Counted from the stretch's first letter, positions 27,837 through 38,150 are shown. The stretch: DNA of 64,000 nucleotides from Candidatus Latescibacterota bacterium (GCA_964291625.2 OZ220089.1:1280001-1344000); one strand, 5' to 3'. Notes: generated by a model not told the origin, from the letters alone. Translations and numbers: made by a program.

Positions 27837-29138
27837 CTACCAGTTGGCCATGTTGGCGTCGGAGAACCCGTAGGCCGCCCGGAAGACCTCCTTGGCGCGC
27901 CCGTAGTTGCGGACGGTCTCGTCATACCCGGCGGATCCCGGCGCATCGTACGAAGGCGCCTGTCCCATGATCCCGTGCAGCTCCTCGAGCTGGCCCTGGC
28001 TGATCAGGGCGAAGGGATTGTACTGCAGGGCCACGGTGAAGCCCTTCATCTCGGCCCAGTGCTTGTTCAGGTCGACCCTGCTCTCGTCGCCCGTGCCGAG
28101 GGCGGCCATGTCGCTCAGGGTGTCGTTGATGTAGTGGACGACGGTGGCGGCGATGACCTTCTCCATGCCGTTGGCCGCGGCCTGCCGCCGGGCGGCGATC
28201 TCCCCTTCCGATCCCTGGTTGACGATCAGGGTCCGCCCGGCCAGGAAGGCGGCGAAGATGTCGCCGCTGAGGTCGACGCCGGTGCCGCCCTTGTCGCGCT
28301 TCCCCGCGTTCCTCGACAGGCCGAAGTTGTACTCCGACTTGAAGTCGATGCGGCCGTCGCCGTTGGAGTCGAAGGTGTAGTCGCCCACCGAGCCGGCGAG
28401 CGCCGCGTCGGTGTAGCGGGAGTAGTCCCGGGCGGCGCCGAAGTAGCCGAAGGCCTCGTCCCAGCCGTGCTCCATGGAGGTGTAGGCCTTGCCCTCGCCG
28501 TGGGGCTCGCCGTTGCCGCGGTCCAGCAGTCCCGCCAGGTAGACGCCGGTGGCCTGGTAGTAGGGCACGGCGCCGATGAGGACCTTGTTGATCATCTGCG
28601 TCAGGTCGACCCCGTTCTCGTCGGTGTAGACCGCCGGGGTGCCTATCTTGTCGGCGTCCTGCGCGTTGGCGGCGATCACCTCGAACCACCCGCGCACCAT
28701 CTCGTCCGCCGTCTGCCCGTAGCCGATGACCACGTCCCCCGAGATCTTGCCCGACAGGTTCTTCCCCGTGGAGATGGCGGAGTACCGGCTCTCCATGGCG
28801 GGGCGGTCCCCGGTGGTGGTCAGGGACTCCAGGTCGAGGGCGTCGTCGTAGTCGTAGAGATCGAGCATCTCCTGCACCGAGACCGGCCGGGCGCCGTCCT
28901 TGCCCATGCTGTCGATGAGGATCTTCAGGTCCTGCAGCAGCAGGTTGCGCACCGTCTGGCCCGAATAGGCGACGCTGCTCTCGCCCTCGCTGAAGCGGCT
29001 GTCGAAGACGTAGGCCGAGGGGACGTCGATCGCCCCGGGGGTCTCGCCGCCGTTGCCGTCGACGGGGTTCTTGTCGTCGCCGCCGCAGGCGACGAGCAGG
29101 ACGGCGGCGAGGAACGGGATGGGAGTGGGTGCTCTCAT
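27837..29138 (-). CDS. DUF4856-like lipoprotein
   Basis: Lipobox LVAC; YSGQ..R, EHGWDEAFGYFGAARDY, KHWAEMKGF. Confidence 0.8.
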   Translation of the reverse strand: MRAPTPIPFLAAVLLVACGGDDKNPVDGNGGETPGAIDVPSAYVFDSRFSEGESSVAYSGQTVRNLLLQDLKILIDSMGKDGARPVSVQEMLDLYDYDDALDLESLTTTGDRPAMESRYSAISTGKNLSGKISGDVVIGYGQTADEMVRGWFEVIAANAQDADKIGTPAVYTDENGVDLTQMINKVLIGAVPYYQATGVYLAGLLDRGNGEPHGEGKAYTSMEHGWDEAFGYFGAARDYSRYTDAALAGSVGDYTFDSNGDGRIDFKSEYNFGLSRNAGKRDKGGTGVDLSGDIFAAFLAGRTLIVNQGSEGEIAARRQAAANGMEKVIAATVVHYINDTLSDMAALGTGDESRVDLNKHWAEMKGFTVALQYNPFALISQGQLEELHGIMGQAPSYDAPGSAGYDETVRNYGRAKEVFRAAYGFSDANMANW

Positions 29139-29169
29139 TTCCAGACTCCTTTGTGCGTAGGGTTGTCGA

Positions 29170-31683
29170 TCACAGGCCGCGCCGGAAGCCGGCCGTCACC
29201 TGCCGCCGCGGGCCCACGAGGATGCCCGAGCTGAGGTGGGCCTGGGGCTGGCCGGCGTTGGAGTGCAGCCTCGATCCGATGTAGACCTCGTCGAGCAGGT
29301 TCTTGGCGGTGACGAAGGCGCTCCACCGCGAGGCGAAGGCGTAGTCGGCGCTGGCGTTGACGATGGAGTAGGCGGGGATCGGGCCGGTGTCGCCGCGGTT
29401 GAAGGTGCCCTCGATGTTCTCGAAGTCGGTGAAGACCTCGCCGACGAAGCGCACGTCGGTCCGCAAGCGCAGGCCCCGCGTCTCCTTCACCAGGCTGACG
29501 GTGAGGGTGTGGGGCGGCGCGTAGGGCAGCTCGTTGCCGGCGATGTCCACCTCCACGTCGCCGGCCCGGGTGGCCGAGGTCACGAGGCCGCTGGCGATCC
29601 GGGTCCGCAGCCAGGTATGGGCGAGGTGGAGGTCGGGCAGGACCGGGCCCAGGCGGGAAGTGGACAGGGCCAGGGCGGTCTCGAGGCCGTAGGTCTCCAC
29701 CTCGCCCAGGTTCCGGAAGGCGGTGCCCCGGCCGGCGGCCACGAGGTCCTCGATCCGCAGCAGGAAGGCGCAGGCCTCCAGGGACAGGGCCGGCCCCCGG
29801 GAGCGCACGCCGGCCTCCAGGTTCCAGCTCTTCTCCGGTGCCAGGTCGAGCCCGCCGGCGCCGGCGTCCTGCCCGAAGTTGGTGATCTTCAGGGCCCCGC
29901 TCGACGGCGGGGTGTAGCCGCGGTGGACGCCGGCGAAGAGGTTGACGCGTCCGCGCTGGTAGTTGACGCCGAGGCCGGGCAGCAGCACCCACGACAGCTT
30001 GTCGGCGAGGATGGCGCCGCGTAGCCGGTCGACCCGCTCCTGCTCGAAGATCTCGAAGCGCGCTCCCGGGGAGAGGGTCCACCGCCCCCACTCGACCCGC
30101 TCCTTGGCGTAGAGGGCGAGGGCGGCGGTCTCGTAGTGGTGGCTCTGGCCGACGATCTTCACGGGGTCGCCGGGATCGCCCGGGGTGCCGCTGTAGTAGA
30201 CGCCCTCCCGGGCGTCGGGGGCGTCGCCGATCTTGCGGTCGTCGACGAAGCGCTCCCAGTGGGCGCGGGCCCCGGCCTCGGCCCGGGCCGCGTGACCGGC
30301 CACGGTGTGCCGGAGGGTGTAGTCCTGGGCGGCGCCGCCGACGAAGAAGGTCCGCAGGATGCCGAAGTTGCCGGCGCCGCCGCCGAGCCGCACAAGGTCC
30401 CCGCCCTGGTAGTACGGCACCGGCGTGAGATCGCCCGTCTCCAGGGCCGAAGCGCGCACGAAGATGTCGTCCTCGCGCCACCAGCGGCGGTCGAAGACGT
30501 TCAGGTAGAGGGTGGTGTTGGCCGCCAGATCCGGGGTGATCCGGCTGGCGTACATCAGGTCGAGGGAGGCCCGCCGGACGTCGAAGAGGTCGTGCTCCTT
30601 GGGATTGAAGGCGGGGTCGTTGCGGAAGGAGTACTCCGTCAGGCCCGTGTAGGTGGCGCTGGATCTCTCGAGGTTCCCGTTGAGCTTCAGGTAGAGCACC
30701 TTGCGGCCGCTCAGGCGGACCTGGGTCTTCACCGTGCCGTTGAGCTGGTCGAAGGTGTTGTTGTCGCGGAAGCCGTCTCCGTGCTTGTAGAGGAGCTGCG
30801 CGTCGGAGGCGATCCTCCCGCCGCCGACGCCGCGCCACTCGGAGTAGAGGCTGTAGTAGCCGTTGCCGCCGGCGGCGAGCTGGTTGACCATCCCCCGGGT
30901 GCCGTCGGGCCTCCGGGTGGTGTAGTTGATGACCCCGCCCATGGTCTGGGGGCCGAAACGGACGGCCGAGCTGCCCTTGACCACCTCCATGGCGTCGATG
31001 CGCTCCGAGGGCGGGTTGTAGTAGGCGTTGGGGTAGACGTAGACCGCCGGCTGGATCGGCACGCCGTCCTCGAGGATCAGCACCCGCGAGCTGCGGCGGG
31101 GGTTGAGGCCGCGGATGCCGATGCTCAGCCGCGAGTTGCCGAAGCCGTCGTCGGCGTAGCCGTTGATGCCGGGCAGCAGCTCGAGCAGTTCCTGGGTGCC
31201 CACCGGCCGGATCAGCTCCACCGTCTTCGGTCTGAGCTTCGAGACCGTGCCCGTGCGCTTCCGGTTCACCAGGGGCGACTCGCCGATGATCTCCACCGGG
31301 GCCAGCTGGATCGGATCGCTCCGCAGGGCGATCTCCAGATCGAGGGCCGCTCCGGGCGCCAGGCTGATCTCCTCGACGTGGGAGGAGTAGCCGATGAGGC
31401 TCACGGTGAGGCGCAGGCCGCCGGGGGAGAGTTCGTCGAGGCAGAAGGCGCCGGTCCGGCCGGTGACGGCCCTGCGGATCCTCGCGCCCTCCCGCTCGAT
31501 GCCTACCAGACCCCCCGGGACCGGTTGCCCGGTCTCCCTGTCCGTCACCGCTCCGCAGATCTGCCCCGTCTCCGCGTCGATCACTCGCCCCACGATCTCC
31601 GCCGGCGCACCGGGGGCCGGCTCTGCGGCGGGGACGCCCGCCAGCAGGCCCGCCATGACCATCCACCTCGGAATCCCGCGCAT
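29170..31683 (-). CDS. TonB-dependent receptor, FecA-like
   Basis: Plug IGIRGLNPRRSSRVLILEDGVP...EVVKG...GPQTMGGVINY; beta-barrel pattern; ATG coupled to upstream TGA. Confidence 0.92.
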   Translation of the reverse strand: MRGIPRWMVMAGLLAGVPAAEPAPGAPAEIVGRVIDAETGQICGAVTDRETGQPVPGGLVGIEREGARIRRAVTGRTGAFCLDELSPGGLRLTVSLIGYSSHVEEISLAPGAALDLEIALRSDPIQLAPVEIIGESPLVNRKRTGTVSKLRPKTVELIRPVGTQELLELLPGINGYADDGFGNSRLSIGIRGLNPRRSSRVLILEDGVPIQPAVYVYPNAYYNPPSERIDAMEVVKGSSAVRFGPQTMGGVINYTTRRPDGTRGMVNQLAAGGNGYYSLYSEWRGVGGGRIASDAQLLYKHGDGFRDNNTFDQLNGTVKTQVRLSGRKVLYLKLNGNLERSSATYTGLTEYSFRNDPAFNPKEHDLFDVRRASLDLMYASRITPDLAANTTLYLNVFDRRWWREDDIFVRASALETGDLTPVPYYQGGDLVRLGGGAGNFGILRTFFVGGAAQDYTLRHTVAGHAARAEAGARAHWERFVDDRKIGDAPDAREGVYYSGTPGDPGDPVKIVGQSHHYETAALALYAKERVEWGRWTLSPGARFEIFEQERVDRLRGAILADKLSWVLLPGLGVNYQRGRVNLFAGVHRGYTPPSSGALKITNFGQDAGAGGLDLAPEKSWNLEAGVRSRGPALSLEACAFLLRIEDLVAAGRGTAFRNLGEVETYGLETALALSTSRLGPVLPDLHLAHTWLRTRIASGLVTSATRAGDVEVDIAGNELPYAPPHTLTVSLVKETRGLRLRTDVRFVGEVFTDFENIEGTFNRGDTGPIPAYSIVNASADYAFASRWSAFVTAKNLLDEVYIGSRLHSNAGQPQAHLSSGILVGPRRQVTAGFRRGL

Positions 31684-31892
31684 CAGAACACCGTCGGATT
31701 GGGCGCCCGGGCGCCCGGATCTTCGGCTTCGCCGGTGGTGAGGACGCTGCGGCCGTAGCTGCCCTCCTCCTCCTCGTCGGGTTGCGGCGACAGCACGGGG
31801 TCGCTCTCGCAGCCGGCCAACACGATCCAGCACAGGGCGCTGACGGCGCACAGCCATACCGCCAGGCCGGCGGGGAAGACGGATCTCCTCAT
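31683..31892 (-). CDS. Small lipoprotein
   Basis: Lipobox LAGC; coupled to the TonB receptor. Confidence 0.65.
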   Translation of the reverse strand: MRRSVFPAGLAVWLCAVSALCWIVLAGCESDPVLSPQPDEEEEGSYGRSVLTTGEAEDPGARAPNPTVF

Positions 31893-31902
31893 CCTGCCAT
31901 CC

Positions 31903-32298
31903 TCAGTTGAGGTCGTGCATCTGCTGGGGCTTGACCCGCGGGCCCGAGAACACCTCCAGGCGGGCGCCGCGAGGCGGGCACACCCCCTCGGGAGACGGTC
32001 CCTGGCCCGGCTCGAGGGTCTTCTCGATGGCTGCGGCCGCTTCCTGCATCGCCGCGGCGAGGTCCGGCAGCGCCCTGGCGCTCAGGCAGATGACCGTGGT
32101 GCCGTAGGCCAGGGACAGGTACGAGCAGCTCAGGAGGCCGGCGTCGACCAGGCTTCGGGCCCGCTGCACCTCCCGGTTCAGGTCGCGGAACTCGCCCGGG
32201 GGCATGCCGATGTTGACGTTCTGGCAGACCAGGTGTATACCGCCGTGCTCACAGCGGTAGATGGTCGCCACGGGGGGATTGCTGACGATGGGCTCCAT
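31903..32298 (-). CDS. Small Cys/His-motif hypothetical protein
   Basis: CEHGGIHLVC; first gene of the operon. Confidence 0.6.
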   Translation of the reverse strand: MEPIVSNPPVATIYRCEHGGIHLVCQNVNIGMPPGEFRDLNREVQRARSLVDAGLLSCSYLSLAYGTTVICLSARALPDLAAAMQEAAAAIEKTLEPGQGPSPEGVCPPRGARLEVFSGPRVKPQQMHDLN

Positions 32299-32322
32299 GA
32301 GGTATCTTTCCCGTCGGAGACG

Positions 32323-32373
32323 AAAAAGCCCGGACGGGTTCCGGTCGCAGACCGGTGCCGTCGTCTTGGGCTT
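32323..32373 (-). terminator. Intrinsic terminator/attenuator hairpin just upstream of the TonB operon
   Basis: Minus strand agccc..gacgg..ccggtc-tgc-gaccgg..ccgtc..gggct followed by a T run. Confidence 0.55.
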
Positions 32374-32555
32374 GCGTTTCTCGACGGGCTATTGGCGAAG
32401 TGCTGGCAGGCGCAGCCAATAGCCCTTTTTTGTGCTTACTCGTGGCGGTCGTCTTGCTGATCTTCCATTTGTACTGTGTTCCTCACCATCGTCTACTTAG
32501 CGGCACTGTCGTTTGTCTATCAGGTTTTATGTTTGGCTTGCCGAACTTTTGTATG

Positions 32556-32583
32556 AAGGTATGCCCGCCTGAGCAATTGTCAA
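32556..32583 (-). promoter_or_regulatory. Putative sigma70 promoter for the TonB operon
   Basis: TTGACA-16 nt-TACCTT on the minus strand in an AT-richer intergenic region. Confidence 0.45.
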
Positions 32584-32612
32584 TGAAATTCTTGCCGCCC
32601 CCGGGGTGACCG

Positions 32613-33806
32613 ATGCCCCGACTCCGCAGCCCCCTCGCCGAGTGGACCCGGGACTGGACCCTGCTGGCCGCCGCCGTCGCCGGCGTCGGCGTGTTCTTCG
32701 GGGTGCAGCTGACCCTGTTCAACAACTTCATCGTCGAGCGCCTCGACATCGAGGCCCGGGAGCTCGGCTGGGTGGAGTCCCTGCGCGAGGTCCCGGGGTT
32801 CCTGAACGCCCTCTTCGTGGCCCTCATGATCCGCATGGCGCCCTCGCTGGTGGCCGCCGCGGCCCTGGCGATCATGGGCCTCGGCCTGATGGCCTACGCC
32901 GACGTGGGCTCGGTGCCGGCCCTGATCCTCTACTCCGTGGTGTGGAGCGTCGGCTTCCACTGCTGGCTGCCCATGGAGGCGACCCTGGCCCTGCGGTTCT
33001 CTCCGTCCGGCGGCAAGGGCCGGTGGCTCGGCCAGCTGCGCGCCATCGGCAGCATCGCCATGCTCGTCACCATCGGCGCCTGCATGGTCCTGCTGGACCT
33101 GGTGAACTACGAGGGGATGTACCTGCTCGCCGGGGGGGCCACGGTCCTCGGGGGCGCCGCCCTGATCTTCGCCTCCCGGGGCCACGCCGAGGTGGAGGAG
33201 AAGGGGTTCGTCCTCAAGAGGCGGTATGGTCTCTTCTACCTGCTCCAGTTCCTGGAGGGCTGCCGGCGGCAGATCTTCACCACCTTCGCCGTCTTCGCCC
33301 TCGTCAAGGTCCACGGCATGCCGGTGAAGACGACGATCACCCTGCTGCTGATCAACCAGGTGCTGGTGACGCTCACGGCGCCTGCCGTGGGCCGCCTCGT
33401 GGACCATCTGGGCGAACGCCGCATGCTCACCATCGGCTACGCCCTGCTGAGCCTGGTCTTCGTCGGCTACGGCCTCATCGATCACCGGCCGACGCTCTAC
33501 GTCCTCTTCTGCCTGGACAACCTCCTCTTCATGTCGGGCATCGCCCTGACGACCTACATCAACAAGATCGCCCTGGCGGAGGACCTCAAGCCGACCCTGT
33601 CCATGGGCGTGACCATGAACCACTTCGCGGCGGTGGCGGTACCCCTCCTCTTCGGGACCGCCTGGCACTTCTTCGGCCACCGTGTGATCTTCCTCACCGC
33701 CGCTGTCCTCGCCCTGCTGTCCACGGTCGCCAGCCAGTGGGTGGACCCCGTCAAGTCCGCCGGGACGGCCGGCGGGGACCGGGAGATCCCGGACTCCGGC
33801 GGATAG
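32613..33806 (+). CDS. MFS transporter
   Basis: ~12 hydrophobic segments, ESLREVPG, GRLVDHLGERR motif. Confidence 0.88.
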   Translation: MPRLRSPLAEWTRDWTLLAAAVAGVGVFFGVQLTLFNNFIVERLDIEARELGWVESLREVPGFLNALFVALMIRMAPSLVAAAALAIMGLGLMAYADVGSVPALILYSVVWSVGFHCWLPMEATLALRFSPSGGKGRWLGQLRAIGSIAMLVTIGACMVLLDLVNYEGMYLLAGGATVLGGAALIFASRGHAEVEEKGFVLKRRYGLFYLLQFLEGCRRQIFTTFAVFALVKVHGMPVKTTITLLLINQVLVTLTAPAVGRLVDHLGERRMLTIGYALLSLVFVGYGLIDHRPTLYVLFCLDNLLFMSGIALTTYINKIALAEDLKPTLSMGVTMNHFAAVAVPLLFGTAWHFFGHRVIFLTAAVLALLSTVASQWVDPVKSAGTAGGDREIPDSGG

Positions 33807-33852
33807 ACCACCCGCCGCCGCCCGCGCCGATGCAGAGCCGCCGGGCCTCGCC

Positions 33853-36184
33853 ATGCTGCTCCCGCTGATCCTCGCGGCCACCACCGCCGCCGCCGAAGCC
33901 GCGGCAGCCCCTCCCTTCACCCTCGTGCGGGCCTTCCCCACCCTGCCGCTGGCGGCCCCCGTCTACATGGAGCCGTCGGGGGACGGCAGCGGCCGCCTCT
34001 TCGTCGCCGGGAAGTCCGGCCTCGTCCGGGTCTTCCACCCGGCTCGGCAGGACACGGGGAGGATCTTCATCGACCTGCGGCCCCGGGCGCGCGACTTCCG
34101 GCCGGAGACCGGCCTCCTCGGGATGGCCTTCCACCCCGGGTTCGCCGCCAACGGGCGGTTCTTCGTCCACTACTCGGGGAGGAACTTCCGCACCGTGCTC
34201 TCGGAGTTCCGCGTCTCCGCGGACGACCCGGACCGCGCCGGCCCCCGGGAGCGGATCCTCCTCGTGGTCCCGCAGCCGACGGACAGCCACAACGGCGGCC
34301 ACATCGAGTTCGGGCCCGACGGCTTCCTCTACATGGGGCTCGGCGACGGCGGCGGCGTGGAGGGGGAGCCCCGCCGCGATCACGGCCAGGACCTCACCAC
34401 CCTGCTGGGCGCGATCCTGCGGATCGACGTCGACGCCGGCGGCGAGGGCTACGCCATTCCCGCGGACAACCCCTTCGCCGGCAACGGCCGCGGCTGGCGC
34501 GAGGAGATCTGGGCCTTCGGCCTGCGCAATCCCTGGCGCTTCAGCTTCGATCCGCTCTCCGGCCTGATCTGGGCGGGCGACGTGGGCGAGAAGGACCGCG
34601 AGGAGATCGACCTCGTCGAGCGCGGCGGCAACTACGGCTGGGCGCGCATGGAGGGTAGCCTCTGCCGCGACCCCGAAGGATGCGACGATCCCGCTCTCGT
34701 CCCGCCGGTCTTCGAGTACGGGCGGGAGGACGGACTCGCCGTGATCGGGGGCTTCGTCTACGAGGGCCGCCGCTGGCCGGAGCTGGCCGGCCGCTACCTC
34801 TTCGGCGACTTCGGCTCCCGCAAGCTCTGGGCCCTGCGCCGAAACGGGGACGCGTGGAGCAGCGAGCTGCTGGCGGTGGCCGACGACCACGTCCTGGCCT
34901 TCGGGAGGGACGCGGAGAAGGAGCTGTACGTGCTGGCCGGTGACGGCGTGTACCGGCTGGAGTCCGCCGCCGGGCGCGAGCTGCCGCCGCCGCGGCTGTC
35001 GCAGACCGGGCTCTTCTCCCGCATGAATCCGCTGGAGCCGGCCCCGGGGGTGAGGCCGTACGAGGTCAACGCCCCGCTGTGGTCGGACGGGGCCGGCAAG
35101 AGGCGCTACCTGGCGCTGCCGGAGGGCGGCCGCATCCGCTTCCGCGGCGACGGCGCCTGGGAGCTGCCGGACGGCACCGTGCTGGTGAAGAGCTTCCACC
35201 TCGGAGAGCGGATCGTCGAGACGCGGCTGCTGATCAAGCGGACCGGCCACCCGGGATGGGACGGGTACTCCTACAAGTGGAACGACGAACGGAGCGAGGC
35301 CTTCCTGCTCGAGGGTGGCCGAGACAGGGGAGTTCGCGGTCTCCTCGCCGGACGGGGCCGGGAGCCATAGCCACTACTTCCCGTCGAGGGGTCAGTGCGG
35401 CGACTGCCACACCCCGGCCTCGGGGTATGTCCTCGGCCTGCGCACCGGGCAGATGAACCGCGGCGGCCTGATCGAGCGCTGGCAGCGGGACGGGCTGTTC
35501 GCCGGCGATCTGCCGCCGCCGGAGAGCTGGGCGAAGTGGCCGGAGCCGGCCGACGGGGCCGCCCCGCTGGAGCCGCGGGCCCGCGCCTACCTCGCCGCCA
35601 ACTGCGCCAACTGCCATCTCCCGGGCCACGCCATCCGGGCGCGGTTCGACCTGCGCTTCGACACGCCCCTGGAGGAGACGGGCCTCCTCGAGAAGGCCCG
35701 TCTGGTGAACCTCGGGGTGCCGGATGGGTGGATCGTCGAGCCGGGGGAACCGCGCCGCTCCCTGCTCTACCTGCGCATGCTCGAGGCCGGCCGCTGGCGC
35801 ATGCCGCCGCTGGCGACCACCCTGGTGGACACGTTGGGGGCCCGGCTCGTGGGCCGCTGGATCGAGCGTCTGGAAGATCCGACCGCCGTCGAGGCGGCGG
35901 CGGGAGAGCAGGTGCTGCCGCGGGAGTTCGCCCTGCTGCCACCGTATCCCAACCCGGCCAACGCGGGTCTGGCGATCCCCTTCGCTCTCGCGGCGGCGGG
36001 AAAGGTGCGGCTGGAGCTGCTCAACCTGGAGGGCCAGCGTCTCGAGGTCCTGCGGGAGGGGATGCTGCCGAGGGGCAGCCACTTGGTGCGCTGGGACGGC
36101 GGGGGCCGCGCCAGCGGCCTCTACCTGGTGCGGCTGACCGCCGGCGGCTGGACACAGTCGCGCAAGGTGGTGCTGCTGCGCTGA
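33853..36184 (+). CDS. PQQ-dependent glucose/sorbosone dehydrogenase fused to c-type heme domain and FlgD/T9SS-like CTD; frameshift near 35320
   Basis: GLLGMAFHP, HNGGHIEFGPDG, GLRNPWRF; second frame has CGDCH, CANCH and YPNPAN...SGLYLVRL...KVVLLR. Confidence 0.8.
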
Positions 36185-36611
36185 GCGGGTGGCGGCGCCG
36201 GCTTGCGGCGGGCCTGCGGGAGGGCGACGAGCGGCCCGATGCCGGCTCGCAAGGGTGGAGTGCTGCGCTGAGCGGGTGGCGAGGCCGACTTGCGGGAGGC
36301 CGGCCCGGGGGGCGACGAGGGCCGGATACCCGCCGGCAGGCCGGGTGCTCCGCTGAGCTGGGTAGCGAGGCGGCCTGCGGGGGGCCTGCGGAGGGCGAGG
36401 AGCGGCCGGATGTCAGCTCGCAAGGCCGGGTGTTGCGCTGAGCGGGTGGCGAGGCCGACTTGCGGGAGGCCGGCCCGGGCGGCGACGAGGGCCGGATGCC
36501 GGCCCGCAAGGCCGGGTGCTGCGCTGAGCGGGTGGCGGACGGACTTGCGGGAGGCCGGCCCGGGGGCGACGAGGGCCGGGTACCGGCCCGCAAGCCGGGG
36601 TGCTGCGCTGA
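36174..36611. repeat. Five tandem ~85-87-bp GC-rich hairpin-forming repeats
   Basis: tgctgcgctgagcgggtggc variants at ~36174, 36261, 36346, 36431, 36517, 36601; internal cttgcggg...cccgcaag inverted repeat. Confidence 0.85.
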
Positions 36612-36677
36612 ACCGCGTGGCGCCGCGGGAACCCGCGATGGACGCCGGCCGGTGACGTGTCCGCCCAGGTCCGGCGC

Positions 36678-38150
36678 TCAGCCCGGCGGCGCCCAGGAGG
36701 TCTCCGGGTCCAGCGGGTAGACGGGCCGCCGCAGGCGGCTGTAGTCCCGCGGGCGCGGGATCTGCCGGTCGAAGCCGGGGCTGTCCACCATCAGGATCGA
36801 CGCCGCCACGTCCTTGTATGTGACCAGCGGGTTGAGTCCCTCCTTGACGACGATGAACTCCAGCGCCCGGGGGTCGAGGCCGACCTCCTCGAGGAAGGTG
36901 GGTCCGCCGAGCTTGCCGGCGCGCTCGATCAGCACGATCGACAGGCCCCGCCCCTCGACCACGGCGATGGCGCCCACGGGCGTCTCGTAGCCGGAGTGGA
37001 TGGAGGTGTGGCCGTGCACGTCGCGGTGCACGGACCGGACCACGCCGGCGAACTCCAAGGGCGGGTTGTCCTCGGTGCAGACCCGGCCGCCGATGGAGAG
37101 CCGCACCGGCGCTCCCGGACCCGCGGCCGCCGCCACCGGCGCGGAGACGGCGTCGACGACGCCCACCGCCGCAGACTGCCCGATGGCGTGCTCGTAGAGG
37201 TAGCGGGCCGTGGAGACCACGTCCCCCGAGGCCCCGCCGAGGGTGCAGTCGGCCAGCTCGTTCAGGACCACCGGCCGCCCCGGGACGGCCCGGCCCATGC
37301 GCACCGCCTCCTCCACGGGGTGGATGGGAAAGCGGAACTGGTCGCGCATGGACCACATGCGCGCCGCCAGGCGGCGGGCGCAGGCCCGGGCCAGGGCGGA
37401 GTCGCCGCGGGTGGTGACCGAGACGGCGGCGCCCTGGATGCTGACGTCGGCCCAGGGATAGCCTACGTAGAAGGAGCTGGAGACGACCGACGGATCGGTG
37501 TCGATCTCCTCGGCCGCGGCGCGCAGCCCGTCGATCGGCTCGCCGCGGTTCTCGGCCGGCGTGATCAGGGGCAGCTTGACGAAGGCGGTGGCGAACTCCA
37601 CCCGCCCGTCGATCCGCTCCACCAGGTGCTCCGCCGTTCGCCGCCCGACCTCGAACTGGTCGACGTGGGGGTGGGTCCGGTAGCCGACGAGGATGTCGCT
37701 GGTGGCGGCCATCTCCCCGGTGACGTTGGCGTGGTGGTCCAGGGTCACGGCCAGCGGCGTCTCCGGCCACCGGGCGCGGACCCGCTGCAGCAGGTCCCCC
37801 TCGGGGTCCTCGATCCCCTCCACCGTCATCGCTCCGTGCAGGCACAGGAGGATGCCGTCCAGGGGTGCGGCGGCGGCCAGCCGCCGGAGCAGCTCGCCGC
37901 GGATCTCCAGGTAGGCGGACCTCTCCACGAGGGGGGAGGGCATGGCCCAGGCCGACAAGGTGGGGATGATCTCGGCGCCATGCCGCCGCAGCTCGTGCAG
38001 GGCGCCGCCGACCTCGGATCCGGTGCCGGCGTGGGCCTCGACGATGTCGGCGCCGGTGATGAGCTGGGTGCGCCGGAAGTGGTCCAGCGTCGTGAGCCCC
38101 GGCGCGAAGGTGTTGGACTCGTGCATCAGGGCGCCGATGGCGACCCGCAT
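36678..38150 (-). CDS. M81 (MlrC-like) metallopeptidase
   Basis: MHESNTF, LHGAM, DPEGDLL, TLDHHAN, YRTHPHVD. Confidence 0.9.
   Translation of the reverse strand: MRVAIGALMHESNTFAPGLTTLDHFRRTQLITGADIVEAHAGTGSEVGGALHELRRHGAEIIPTLSAWAMPSPLVERSAYLEIRGELLRRLAAAAPLDGILLCLHGAMTVEGIEDPEGDLLQRVRARWPETPLAVTLDHHANVTGEMAATSDILVGYRTHPHVDQFEVGRRTAEHLVERIDGRVEFATAFVKLPLITPAENRGEPIDGLRAAAEEIDTDPSVVSSSFYVGYPWADVSIQGAAVSVTTRGDSALARACARRLAARMWSMRDQFRFPIHPVEEAVRMGRAVPGRPVVLNELADCTLGGASGDVVSTARYLYEHAIGQSAAVGVVDAVSAPVAAAAGPGAPVRLSIGGRVCTEDNPPLEFAGVVRSVHRDVHGHTSIHSGYETPVGAIAVVEGRGLSIVLIERAGKLGGPTFLEEVGLDPRALEFIVVKEGLNPLVTYKDVAASILMVDSPGFDRQIPRPRDYSRLRRPVYPLDPETSWAPPG

Noticed and set aside
32570-32600. Fur box
   Set aside because: Only weak resemblance to GATAATGATAATCATTATC; not supportable by eye
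36174-36611. CRISPR array
   Set aside because: The would-be spacers are homologous to each other, the repeats are degenerate and no cas genes are present
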